Origin: an uncultured Candidatus Saccharibacteria bacterium
Lineage (GTDB): Bacteria; Patescibacteriota; Minisyncoccia; Phycocordibacterales; Zambryskibacteraceae
Reading direction: 5' to 3'
DNA: 64,000 bases
Assembly (NCBI GenBank): GCA_964446535.1
Contig: CAYUOR010000001.1
Coordinates: forward strand, 7,283 to 71,282
The notes under the pieces are model-generated. The model did no database searches and was not told where the DNA came from. It worked only from the letters and a program-made list of their open reading frames with translations. A program made the position numbers and the translations under genes. How positions within the stretch are numbered: the stretch's first letter is position 1; each line of letters starts with the position of its first letter. This document shows, piece by piece, positions 19,783 through 27,387 of the stretch.

Positions 19783-20574
19783 ATGTCCTCGCTTACCGAA
19801 ACGCTCCTCTTCGGAGGACTCCTGGGGGCGCTTCCGTGGTGGGGATATCTCACTATCGGACTCGTCTTGACCCACTTCGTCGTCTTATCGGTCTCGCTCT
19901 ACCTTCACAGGGTTGAGGCGCACTTCTCCGCAGAGATACGCCCGGGACTTGCTCTGATTTTCAGAACAATTTTCTGGCTCTCACAGACAAGTACCACGAA
20001 AGAGTGGGTGGCGGTGCATAGAAAACACCACGCCTACGTTGACACGGCCGATGATCCGCATTCTCCAAGGTTCCACAAACTTTGGAAAATGCTCTTTGCT
20101 ACCGCCTATCGCAAGGAGTCCAAAAATAAGGAAACGGTGCGACTTTACGGTCGTGGCACGCCCGAAGACTGGATGGAGAGAAATGTCTTCACAAGGTTCA
20201 GGAGATTCGGCGTGGTTGTCCTTGCTCTCATTCTCGTCTCGATCTTTGGTCTCAAGTGGGGTGCCGTTCTCTGGCTCGCCCAGGTAACATACCTCCCCAT
20301 TGTCGCCTCTTTCGGAGTCAATGGTTTGGGCCACCTTATCGGCTATCGCAATGCGGAAACCGGAGACAACTCGAGAAACGTTCTACCATTCGACTTTCTG
20401 GCCTGCGGAGAGTTCCTGCACAACAACCACCACACCGATCCTCGTTCGGCGAAATTCTCATTTCGCAAATGGGAGTTTGACCTCGGCTACGGCTGGCTCA
20501 AACTTTTCGAAAAGTTTGGGTGTGCTAAAATCAAGTGGGTTCGCCGCTCGCTGGTTCAAAGCGGGGCGGTCTGA
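19783..20574 (+). CDS. Membrane fatty-acid desaturase (acyl-CoA/acyl-lipid delta-9 desaturase family)
   Basis: Three His boxes (HRVEAH; HRKHHAYVDTADDPHSP; HNNHH). SD GGAGAG 7 nt upstream. Elevated GC. Confidence 0.8.
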   Translation: MSSLTETLLFGGLLGALPWWGYLTIGLVLTHFVVLSVSLYLHRVEAHFSAEIRPGLALIFRTIFWLSQTSTTKEWVAVHRKHHAYVDTADDPHSPRFHKLWKMLFATAYRKESKNKETVRLYGRGTPEDWMERNVFTRFRRFGVVVLALILVSIFGLKWGAVLWLAQVTYLPIVASFGVNGLGHLIGYRNAETGDNSRNVLPFDFLACGEFLHNNHHTDPRSAKFSFRKWEFDLGYGWLKLFEKFGCAKIKWVRRSLVQSGAV

Positions 20575-20659
20575 TCGCTGTTCTTCACCGACCTGATATC
20601 CTCCCTCCCCTGGGACCTTCAGGTCTGCTTGAAGTCACCCTTCAGGAGCTTCAAGCCTT

Positions 20660-20690
20660 CGCCCCGGTGCTTTGCGCCGGGGCTTTTTTA
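20660..20690 (+). terminator. Rho-independent terminator after the desaturase
   Basis: GCCCCGG-tgctttgcg-CCGGGGC followed by TTTTTT. A second hairpin (CCGCACGA...TCGTGCGG) at about 20699-20724 may terminate the convergent minus-strand gene. Confidence 0.5.
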
Positions 20691-20709
20691 TAAGAAAAGC
20701 CGCACGAAC

Positions 20710-20985
20710 TTAGTGCCTCGTGCGGTCTTTAAAAAAGTCTTCGAGTCTATCAACCAGAGTCGACACGTCCTCGGGAGTTAGGCCGAGCTTGTCGTATGCC
20801 TTGCGAGCCTCCGCTAAAGAAATTTTGTCATCTACCTCAGCCTGGCAGATGCAGTTGAAAACAAGGAGCTGTGCCTGTTTAAGTTCGTTTCGTTTGAGAA
20901 GAAACCCGAGTGCAACGATTTCTCCCTCATCTTTGAGATACTTGGCGCCGAGTTCAATTAGTACTTCCCTGTTAGGTTCCTTCAA
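20710..20985 (-). CDS. Small acidic helical protein, paralog 1 (family of 21227..21493)
   Basis: 91 aa, TTG start overlapping the stop of the upstream 59-aa ORF. Shares ELGAKYL / AYDKLGLTPEDV-type motifs with the 88-aa paralog. Confidence 0.5.
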   Translation of the reverse strand: MKEPNREVLIELGAKYLKDEGEIVALGFLLKRNELKQAQLLVFNCICQAEVDDKISLAEARKAYDKLGLTPEDVSTLVDRLEDFFKDRTRH

Positions 20986-21151
20986 TGCGTGCCTCCAGTT
21001 CTGGAAATAGGTTGAACTCCCTTATGGCCACTCCGAGAAAAAACATAAGAACTAAAACCACAATGAAGGTCAAAAGTTTGGCCTTCCTACTCATTTTCTG
21101 GAGTGTATCTTCAAGCCAAGAGCTACTTTCGGATTCCGAGCTGTTTCTCAC
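20972..21151 (-). CDS. Unannotated small single-pass membrane protein (59 aa)
   Basis: Not in the ORF track because it is under 60 aa. GTG start preceded by AAGGAGGTG with 6-nt spacing. Sequence: VRNSSESESSSWLEDTLQKMSRKAKLLTFIVVLVLMFFLGVAIREFNLFPELEARIEGT. Its stop overlaps the start of 20710..20985. Confidence 0.4.
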   Translation of the reverse strand: MRNSSESESSSWLEDTLQKMSRKAKLLTFIVVLVLMFFLGVAIREFNLFPELEARIEGT

Positions 21152-21226
21152 TTCGCACCTCCTTTGTCCTTGAGTTATATTATTGAAAAGGTTACAAAAT
21201 GCAAATGAAAACCGCCCGCAAGAATT

Positions 21227-21493
21227 TTATCTTGACGAGCGGTTAAAGTGTATCGGCGCAGCTCTCTGTCTTATTTCGCAAGCTTCATCTCTAGTGAAGC
21301 CAAGAAGTTTGTAGTCTTCTTCTGCTTCCTGGTAGTCTACGTCGCCCTGCGCGAGAGAAAAGTCGATCGCACGAAGCAGGCAGGATCTGACGGTGTAAAA
21401 GTCACCGTGGGCAAGAAGTCTTTTGGCCGATGGGCGTGTTTCTGGAGTAAGATATTTTGACGCAAGAGATAAAAGCAGGTCTTCGTCATCCAT
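21227..21493 (-). CDS. Small acidic helical protein, paralog 2
   Basis: 88 aa. SD GGAGAGGTGAGG. Its start lies 3 nt after the stop of Cys-rich gene A (translationally coupled). An imperfect terminator hairpin follows at about 21190-21226. Confidence 0.5.
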   Translation of the reverse strand: MDDEDLLLSLASKYLTPETRPSAKRLLAHGDFYTVRSCLLRAIDFSLAQGDVDYQEAEEDYKLLGFTRDEACEIRQRAAPIHFNRSSR

Positions 21494-21496
21494 ACC

Positions 21497-21697
21497 TCAC
21501 CTCTCCCACGGCAAGCTGGTTTCGTCTTGCCTGTTTCTTGAATTGTTGGGACACTTGCCGAATGGATCCAGGTGTCGAGGGCCGCCAAAACGATACTTCC
21601 CCACCCAACATCCGCAAAGAAGCTGGCAATCCATGTTGTGGGGATAGGCGCTGTAGTCGTGTCCGCCCCTCTCCTCGTCAAGGATTTTGCGCTCCAT
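21497..21697 (-). CDS. Small Cys/His-rich protein, family member A
   Basis: The internal ATG is preceded by AAAAAGGAGG with 4-nt spacing. The encoded protein is MERKILDEERGGHDYSAYPHNMDCQLLCGCWVGKYRFGGPRHLDPFGKCPNNSRNRQDE.... It shares GHDY, C..C.C(W) and PFGKCP(K/N)N motifs with B and C. The track ORF extends to 21742. Confidence 0.55.
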   Translation of the reverse strand: MERKILDEERGGHDYSAYPHNMDCQLLCGCWVGKYRFGGPRHLDPFGKCPNNSRNRQDETSLPWER

Positions 21698-21765
21698 ATC
21701 GCCTCCTTTTTGTAATACAAGTCCAGAAGTTATATTAGCCACACCAAGCAGAAAAGCAAATAAAA

Positions 21766-21796
21766 AGAAAAGTCCGACAATTTTGTCGGACTTAGT
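21766..21796 (-). terminator. Rho-independent terminator downstream of Cys-rich gene B
   Basis: AAGTCCGACAA-ttt-TTGTCGGACTT perfect stem followed (on the minus strand) by TTTTCTTTTT. Confidence 0.5.
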
Positions 21797-21814
21797 GTTG
21801 CAAAACTGATCGCC

Positions 21815-22018
21815 TTAGGAGACGCTGATTAGCCGAATCTTTGATTTCGGATTCTTGGGGCACCGGCCGAAAGGGTGGATCCAGTTGGGTCCGCCGAAGT
21901 GGTTGTCGAGAAGCCAGCAGCCGCAGCCAAACTTGCAGGAGCAAGTGAGCTCGTCGTAGTCGTGCCCGCACTTTTTCGAACTCAGCGGCTTCTGAAGGAC
22001 CAGTGGGAAATTAAGCAT
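21815..22018 (-). CDS. Small Cys/His-rich protein, family member B
   Basis: ATG preceded by GGGGAGAG (8-nt spacing). MLNFPLVLQKPLSSKKCGHDYDELTCSCKFGCGCWLLDNHFGGPNWIHPFGRCPKNPKSKIRLISVS. Monocistronic (own SD and terminator). Confidence 0.55.
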   Translation of the reverse strand: MLNFPLVLQKPLSSKKCGHDYDELTCSCKFGCGCWLLDNHFGGPNWIHPFGRCPKNPKSKIRLISVS

Positions 22019-22091
22019 CGCCAATCTCTCCCCATAGTTAAGAACAAATCTTCGGGATATATTAGCCGAGAATTATTAAAAAGCAACTGGG

Positions 22092-22850
22092 TTATCTGAA
22101 TACCACGGAACCGGAATCAAATTTAAGATCAAGAATAAGCTCACCCCTTGAGGTGAAGTGGTATCCTGTAGTGTTAGAGAGAAGTGTGACAAACTCCGAT
22201 TCTTGCGAAGCCTCGCAATACATTAATGTTGAAACCATTTCGGAAAAGGTGATTTTCTCACCAGAGACGGCATAATCTCCTCCGATACCGTTGCAGTCTG
22301 TCGTCGCAGAAAAATTACCATTACCGTCAAAGGAGAGTGTGAATGCCCCGACCTTATTCGGTTTTATTGTTTTACCGTCGTTGTAGAGAGCAGACTGCCA
22401 AACCCACTTTTTCATCCCTAAACTCATCTTCTTTGGATCGGCCTCTCCTTCAAAATTATCGACGACAAGCGGTTTCGGGCGGAGATAATGTTCCGCTGAC
22501 TCGCAGGGCACAATACGACCTTCCTCGGTTAGGATTCCCTTAACTTCTATTTCGTCACCGTTTTTGAAAAGCGAAACATCGCCGATATTATTTGCCTGAT
22601 AAGCCGCGCAGAGTGGTAAACCCATAGAAGGCACGGCAATGGTAAAGAGTTCTCCAGAAACATCGAGAGTTAGAAGATGCGGTCCATCAAAGGCAACCTC
22701 ACTCGTGTCGACAGAAAGGATTCTGCCAGATTTCTCCACGGTTATTCCAGTAAGTGTGTCCTCTCCCATCTCGTCCCTAAAAACAAAAAAGCCAGAAACC
22801 GCCACGAAGACGAGTATTAGAACAACAAGTAGTTTTCCTTTCGTATTCAT
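22092..22850 (-). CDS. Secreted/membrane-anchored protein with C-terminal META (HslJ-like, DUF306) domain
   Basis: N-terminal TM/signal. The C-terminal half has the META pattern (W.L......KP...FTLSFD.NGN.S....CN...G.Y......ITF....STLM.C). Confidence 0.55.
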   Translation of the reverse strand: MNTKGKLLVVLILVFVAVSGFFVFRDEMGEDTLTGITVEKSGRILSVDTSEVAFDGPHLLTLDVSGELFTIAVPSMGLPLCAAYQANNIGDVSLFKNGDEIEVKGILTEEGRIVPCESAEHYLRPKPLVVDNFEGEADPKKMSLGMKKWVWQSALYNDGKTIKPNKVGAFTLSFDGNGNFSATTDCNGIGGDYAVSGEKITFSEMVSTLMYCEASQESEFVTLLSNTTGYHFTSRGELILDLKFDSGSVVFR

Positions 22851-22896
22851 ATCCTTATCCTACAATAGACGAGCGAAAACGCTTAGTCTTTCTTAG

Positions 22897-23298
22897 CTAC
22901 GCATTAACTTCAACCCTGAAGCCGCCGTAAGCCATTTTCTTCATATCAAACGGCATTTGGGCCATGGCTTCTTTTTTTGAAAGCTTTTTCTTTTTATGCC
23001 ATTCGATCATCTCTTTTTCAACCGCCTTATTGACTCTGTCGCGCTGTTTCTTGTCACGGTATACAATATAGGAAAACCACACTTCTTCATTTTTCTTAAC
23101 TTTAGCCAGTTTAGGAAAGGTTAGGGTGATCCACTTCGGATTCGGGTGATCCAGGCGACATTCTTTATAATCAAGCGCGCCGCGCTTGAGCCAAGAGTGT
23201 TTCGCTTCCTCTGCCATCTTTTTGTAGGCGGTGCGTTTTGCTCTCGGCACAACAAGCACAAACCCATCAACATATGTTCCTTTATTTTTTGTTTTCAT
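22897..23298 (-). CDS. DUF1428 (YbaA-like) family protein
   Basis: 133 aa with TYVDGFVLVVPRAKRTAYKKMAEEA...VWFSYIVYRDKKQRDRVNKAV...MPFDMKKMAYGGF, the conserved DUF1428 signature. Confidence 0.7.
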   Translation of the reverse strand: MKTKNKGTYVDGFVLVVPRAKRTAYKKMAEEAKHSWLKRGALDYKECRLDHPNPKWITLTFPKLAKVKKNEEVWFSYIVYRDKKQRDRVNKAVEKEMIEWHKKKKLSKKEAMAQMPFDMKKMAYGGFRVEVNA

Positions 23299-23315
23299 AT
23301 CTTTATCTTACACTG

Positions 23316-23705
23316 TTATATATTAGTGTCTAAAAAATTTTTAAGTTCGTCTAGATTCTTTTTACTGTCGTCGTAGAGATATGTCTTTATACCCACAGAT
23401 TGAGCACTTTTAATCGCGTCTATGTTGTGCTCGAAGTAGACAACTTCGCTAGCTTCTAAATTAAGTTTAGAGAGCATGGTTCTATAATATTCGGGGTCGG
23501 TCTTTTCGGGGTTATGTTTAAGAGTGAAAACTTCATAAGGAGCTTTATCCAAACCAAATTTTTTAAATTGTTTATCGTCAGCGCCAGTTAAAAGGATTTT
23601 TTTATTCGGGTAAGTTTCTAATAAATCATACATTGCTTTAAAGACATGTCCGTCTTCAGAGATAAGACAAAATATTGCGTCAACTAAAATTAATCGTTTT
23701 TTCAT
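23316..23705 (-). CDS. Truncated HAD-like hydrolase-fold protein (129 aa)
   Basis: Carries HAD motif III/IV-like segments (KILLTGADD; VVYFEHNIDAIKSAQSVGIKT) but lacks a canonical DxD nucleophile motif (LILVDAIFCL). Confidence 0.45.
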   Translation of the reverse strand: MKKRLILVDAIFCLISEDGHVFKAMYDLLETYPNKKILLTGADDKQFKKFGLDKAPYEVFTLKHNPEKTDPEYYRTMLSKLNLEASEVVYFEHNIDAIKSAQSVGIKTYLYDDSKKNLDELKNFLDTNI

Positions 23706-23721
23706 TCTTTATTCTCATTCT

Positions 23722-23760
23722 ACACGAAAAAGAAAAGACCGATAAAATTTCATCGGTCTT
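23722..23760 (-). terminator. Rho-independent terminator downstream of Cys-rich gene C
   Basis: AAGACCGAT-gaaatttt-ATCGGTCTT 9-bp stem followed (minus strand) by TTCTTTTTCG. Confidence 0.45.
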
Positions 23761-23773
23761 TGATGTGGGAAAC

Positions 23774-23989
23774 TCATGGCATAATGATCTCGCCTTGCGG
23801 ATTTATTCTGTTTCGAGGATTCTTGGGGCACTTGCCGAAGTGATCTCTGTCGTTCGGCAGGTTGTTGGGAGTACCGTGGCCGAGAACACAACCACAACCA
23901 AACGAACAGTACCAGCAGCCGAAGCCGGCGCTAACATATTCGTGCCCACCGTCTTCCGTATCCAGAAGTTCGTGCTTTAGTATCTGCAA
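23774..23989 (-). CDS. Small Cys/His-rich protein, family member C
   Basis: TTG start preceded by AGGAGGTG (6-nt spacing) and the upstream promoter-like TATATT. MQILKHELLDTEDGGHEYVSAGFGCWYCSFGCGCVLGHGTPNNLPNDRDHFGKCPKNPRNRINPQGEIIMP. Monocistronic. Confidence 0.55.
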   Translation of the reverse strand: MQILKHELLDTEDGGHEYVSAGFGCWYCSFGCGCVLGHGTPNNLPNDRDHFGKCPKNPRNRINPQGEIIMP

Positions 23990-24138
23990 GAAACACCTCC
24001 TTTCTGCTAGATACTCTACTTATTAATATACGGAAAGCAAACCGAGATTTTCTTCCTAGTCTTAGAGGGAAAGAAAAAACTCTCCGTTCTTCGCCCTATT
24101 TATTTCAATTTTGGGCTTTTTCTTCAATTTGATTATTT

Positions 24139-24885
24139 CTACTTAACGAATTTCAGATTCTTCACAGTGGCGCCGCGTTCGGTCATCTGGGCTTGGACAA
24201 AGACTTTTGTTGCCTCTTTGAATTCGGCTTGCTTACATACGGCTTTCTTCCCATCTAGACTCGTGCACTGACTTTGAGCATCAAACAGGAGTGGTACAAC
24301 ATTTCCCTTTACACCGCTGTCTTCAAACACCAGGTGCCACTTCGTCGGGTCAAACGGCTTCGGAATTGAGCCCTTAAGGAGAAAGCCTTCTTTCTCAAAG
24401 CTAAATTCGCGTTGAGGCGGAATATCGCCTTTAGAACATTCAATCTTATCTATAAACCAGCCACCATCGAGCTTCGCGAGTGTTACTATCGCCGCTTCAG
24501 TTGCATTCTTTTCCCTAGACATAACGAGAAGCTGCGCGGCGCCATCCGTTTCAAAGACTCGTGAGGTTGTAATCTTCTCTGGTGTTTTCGTCTGACATAG
24601 GACGGGGTCGGGAGAGGCGTCCGCAGTACTCTCCTTTGCCAGGCGATCTCGAAGTTCCTTACTCAAGAGTAACGACTTGATTAGGGTCACCCTATTTGGA
24701 TCGGCGGTGGTCGGCTCCTTAACCGCAGTAAGCCACTGGTCATAGAAGGTGCCAACGGTATCTACTGCATCCAGGGTTGATACCTGCTGCCCACCGGAAC
24801 CACCCCCGCCTCTAGAGAAACCCCAGATAAGCCCCCCGATAGCCAATAAAACTACAACAATTAAGATTAATCTTTTTTTATTCAT
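24139..24885 (-). CDS. Secreted hypothetical protein
   Basis: Signal anchor plus a Gly-rich linker (GGGGSGGQQ); 248 aa; no recognizable domain. Confidence 0.5.
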   Translation of the reverse strand: MNKKRLILIVVVLLAIGGLIWGFSRGGGGSGGQQVSTLDAVDTVGTFYDQWLTAVKEPTTADPNRVTLIKSLLLSKELRDRLAKESTADASPDPVLCQTKTPEKITTSRVFETDGAAQLLVMSREKNATEAAIVTLAKLDGGWFIDKIECSKGDIPPQREFSFEKEGFLLKGSIPKPFDPTKWHLVFEDSGVKGNVVPLLFDAQSQCTSLDGKKAVCKQAEFKEATKVFVQAQMTERGATVKNLKFVK

Positions 24886-24926
24886 ATATTTTATTGCTCT
24901 AAGGATACCATTGAAATAAATTCAGT

Positions 24927-25265
24927 CTAGCCGATGGCCTTGTTTATTGACATGACCTCTATCAAGGCGCCCGGAATACTGAAGTGTGGATGATCCTTGA
25001 ATAAGCTCGCGGCTGCTTCTAGAGATTCTGCCTCTACAAACGAATACATCATGAGGTCATTGCGCGCATCCTCGGCGCCTTTAGATGTTATTCGTTTCGG
25101 CTTGCCGACACCAGCAGTTTCCTTTAGAGAGTTTTTGTGTTTGGCCATCCAGGCATTCCACTCCGATTGCATCTGAAGTTCCTGAGCTTTCCTTTCGGCT
25201 TCCGGTAACTTCATCCATTGGTCAAGCCCCGTATGCGGCATCTGATAAGTGACAAGAAATTTCAT
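24927..25265 (-). CDS. Hypothetical small protein (112 aa)
   Basis: The track ORF 24927..25409 runs across tRNA-Gln. It was trimmed to the internal ATG at 25265 (MKFLVTYQMPHTGLDQW...). Confidence 0.45.
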   Translation of the reverse strand: MKFLVTYQMPHTGLDQWMKLPEAERKAQELQMQSEWNAWMAKHKNSLKETAGVGKPKRITSKGAEDARNDLMMYSFVEAESLEAAASLFKDHPHFSIPGALIEVMSINKAIG

Positions 25266-25289
25266 GTGGATTCTAGTATACCACAGTTG

Positions 25290-25360
25290 CTGCGGGACTT
25301 GGACTCGAACCAAGATACTCGCCTCCAAAGGGCGATGTCCTACCATTAGACGATCCCGCA
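25290..25360 (-). tRNA. tRNA-Gln (anticodon UUG)
   Basis: 71 nt cloverleaf read by hand: TGCGGGATCGTCTAATGGTAGGACATCGCCCTTTGGAGGCGAGTATCTTGGTTCGAGTCCAAGTCCCGCAG. U1:A72 pair typical of bacterial tRNA-Gln. Anticodon loop CTTTGGA. No CCA encoded. Confidence 0.85.
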
Positions 25361-25365
25361 ATACA

Positions 25366-26415
25366 CTAACTCTGCCCGATAGAGTCCGCCAGTGCAAGTT
25401 CAAGCGCAAGCTCGGGAATGGAGGTGCGCCCCGAGTCTTCGTAGGCAGTGATGAAGCGAAGAAGTGTCTCGGCGGTTAAATCCTTCCCCGCCTTCTCGGC
25501 GAGCGTTTTCAGGAACTTAAAGTCGTCTTCACTCGTCTCTTCTTCCACATATTCGTCCATACCCGCCTTCAAGCGAATTAAGAAAAGAAGGCGCATGCGT
25601 TCCAAAATAAGTTTGGCAAAGAGTTTCATGTCGACATTCGCCTCTCCCGCTCTTTGCACCGCCTTTAATCCTTTCTCCAAGTTTTTCTCCACGACTGCCG
25701 AGAGGACATCGCGTACCAGTTCCGCCCTAGGCGCTCCAGTCAGTTTCTCCACCTCCTCTCGAGTAATCTTTTTGTCTTTTGTTGAGGATAAAATTTTCTC
25801 TAATATTCCATGCACGTCGCGAAAAGAGCCGTCGCCGAGAAGAGCAACAAGCTCGGCCGCCTCTTTTTCCAGGCTAAAACCCTCTTTTTTACTGACTGCG
25901 AGAGCAAAATCTTTGAGCGTTGCCTGATTTGGCTGTTTAAATCTGAAGGTCTGGCACCTGGAGATAACCGTATCGGGCACCTTTTCAAGCTCCGTTGTGG
26001 CGAAGACAAAGACAACATGCTTGGGCGGTTCTTCCAGAGTTTTAAGAAACGCGTTCCAGGCCTCCTTTGTGAGCATGTGTGTCTCATCTATGATGTAGAC
26101 CTTGTATTTGGATTCAAATGGTAGAGTGCTCACCGACTCGCGGATTTCTCGGACATCGTCTATGCCTCGATTCGAAGCGGCATCCATCTCGACTAGGTCA
26201 GGACCCGAGGTGCCGATTTCCTTCGCCAGAATTCTTGCGACAGAAGTTTTTCCTGTACCTCTAGGGCCGGAGAAGAGATAGGCATGCGCGACATTTCCGA
26301 GCTTTAGAGCACCTTCAAGAACTTTAACAATATGATCCTGCCCGATAACATCATCGAAGTTTTGCGGTCTATACCTTCTATAGAGCACAGCGGAGGATTC
26401 TTCCGATTTTTTCAT
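25366..26415 (-). CDS. dnaX: DNA polymerase III subunit gamma (short DnaX, no tau C-terminal domains)
   Basis: AAA+ clamp-loader motifs (GPRGTGKTS; DETHML; SRC). 349 aa. A TATACT hexamer lies 7 nt upstream of the ATG (the track GTG start would sit 1 nt from the hexamer). Confidence 0.85.
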   Translation of the reverse strand: MKKSEESSAVLYRRYRPQNFDDVIGQDHIVKVLEGALKLGNVAHAYLFSGPRGTGKTSVARILAKEIGTSGPDLVEMDAASNRGIDDVREIRESVSTLPFESKYKVYIIDETHMLTKEAWNAFLKTLEEPPKHVVFVFATTELEKVPDTVISRCQTFRFKQPNQATLKDFALAVSKKEGFSLEKEAAELVALLGDGSFRDVHGILEKILSSTKDKKITREEVEKLTGAPRAELVRDVLSAVVEKNLEKGLKAVQRAGEANVDMKLFAKLILERMRLLFLIRLKAGMDEYVEEETSEDDFKFLKTLAEKAGKDLTAETLLRFITAYEDSGRTSIPELALELALADSIGQS

Positions 26416-26422
26416 AGACACA

Positions 26423-26428
26423 AGTATA
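26423..26428 (-). promoter_or_regulatory. TATACT -10 hexamer 7 nt upstream of the dnaX ATG (leaderless-type), in the dus-dnaX junction
   Basis: Minus strand reads agaTATACTtgtgtctATG. Confidence 0.3.
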
Positions 26429-26430
26429 TC

Positions 26431-27387
26431 TTATTTTAGAAGATACTCGCCAACAATCGTCTCCACTTCGCCGGCACTCGCCGTCTCCATTAACCGAGCG
26501 CGAAGCTCTACCGCGCCGCCAAAGCCCGAGACATACGCCTTAAAATGTTTTTTCATAATGGCAAAGCTTTTGGTATCGCCCAAAAATTGTTCAAAAAGTT
26601 TCGTGTGCTCTACGAGTACCCTCAGTTTTTCCTCAGTCGTTGGCAGGTGGCCGGAAAAAAGCCAAGGATTGCCGAAAATAGCTCTTCCGAGCATAACACC
26701 GTCGCAGCCTGTTTCTTCGACCCTTCTTCTCGCCTCTTCCAAGTTTTCTACATCACCGTTTCCAAATATAAGTGTCTTCGCTCCCGCCTCATTTCTTATT
26801 TCTACGGCTCTTTTGACAAATTCCCAACGCGCAGAAACCTTTGACATCTCTTTCCTCGTTCGCGCATGGATTGTCACGACCGCGGGATCCTCTTTAAGCA
26901 CCTCCGAAAGCCAAGTATCGAGTTCCGGCTTGTTGTAGCCGGTACGGGTTTTTAAAGAAACCGGCAGACCTGCCGCGCCCTCTTTAGCGGCGCGAATAAG
27001 AGCTCTTGCGACTTTGGCATTTTTCATAAGCTGTGCACCGGCCCCTTGTTTTTCTATCGTTCTATCGGGACAGCCCATGTTTATGTCAACACCGTCGAAA
27101 CCGAGTTTGACTGCAAGCTCTGCCGCAGTCTTCATGTGCTCCGGAGAGGAAGTAAAGAATTGCGCTACAATCGGATGCTCGGCTTCTGAATACTCCAAAT
27201 CTTTTAAAAGCTTCTTTCTCCCACCCTCTGGCGCAAGCGCCAGACCGTCAGCCGAGACGAATTCGGTCCAGAAAACGTCTGGTTTGCCGTACTTGGCAAT
27301 AACCGCACGGAAAGCAGGGTCCGTGACATTCGCCATAGGTGCCAGTACAAAGACTGGTTTCTTTAGTTTTTCCCAGAAATTACTCAA
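26431..27387 (-). CDS. dus: tRNA-dihydrouridine synthase
   Basis: TIM-barrel Dus motifs (VLAPMANVTD; catalytic GCPD..region). Confidence 0.85.
   Translation of the reverse strand: MSNFWEKLKKPVFVLAPMANVTDPAFRAVIAKYGKPDVFWTEFVSADGLALAPEGGRKKLLKDLEYSEAEHPIVAQFFTSSPEHMKTAAELAVKLGFDGVDINMGCPDRTIEKQGAGAQLMKNAKVARALIRAAKEGAAGLPVSLKTRTGYNKPELDTWLSEVLKEDPAVVTIHARTRKEMSKVSARWEFVKRAVEIRNEAGAKTLIFGNGDVENLEEARRRVEETGCDGVMLGRAIFGNPWLFSGHLPTTEEKLRVLVEHTKLFEQFLGDTKSFAIMKKHFKAYVSGFGGAVELRARLMETASAGEVETIVGEYLLK

Noticed and set aside
19981-20334. 117-aa minus-strand ORF inside the desaturase gene
   Set aside because: The desaturase frame carries all three His boxes. The antisense ORF is a GC-driven artefact.
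21337-21720. 127-aa minus-strand ORF overlapping both Cys-rich gene A and acidic paralog 2
   Set aside because: The other two frames each encode a member of a paralogous family, with SDs and tight stop/start coupling. This frame has no support.
24927-25409. Track ORF extending across tRNA-Gln (25290..25360)
   Set aside because: A tRNA with a perfect cloverleaf lies inside the upstream part. The CDS was trimmed to the internal ATG at 25265.
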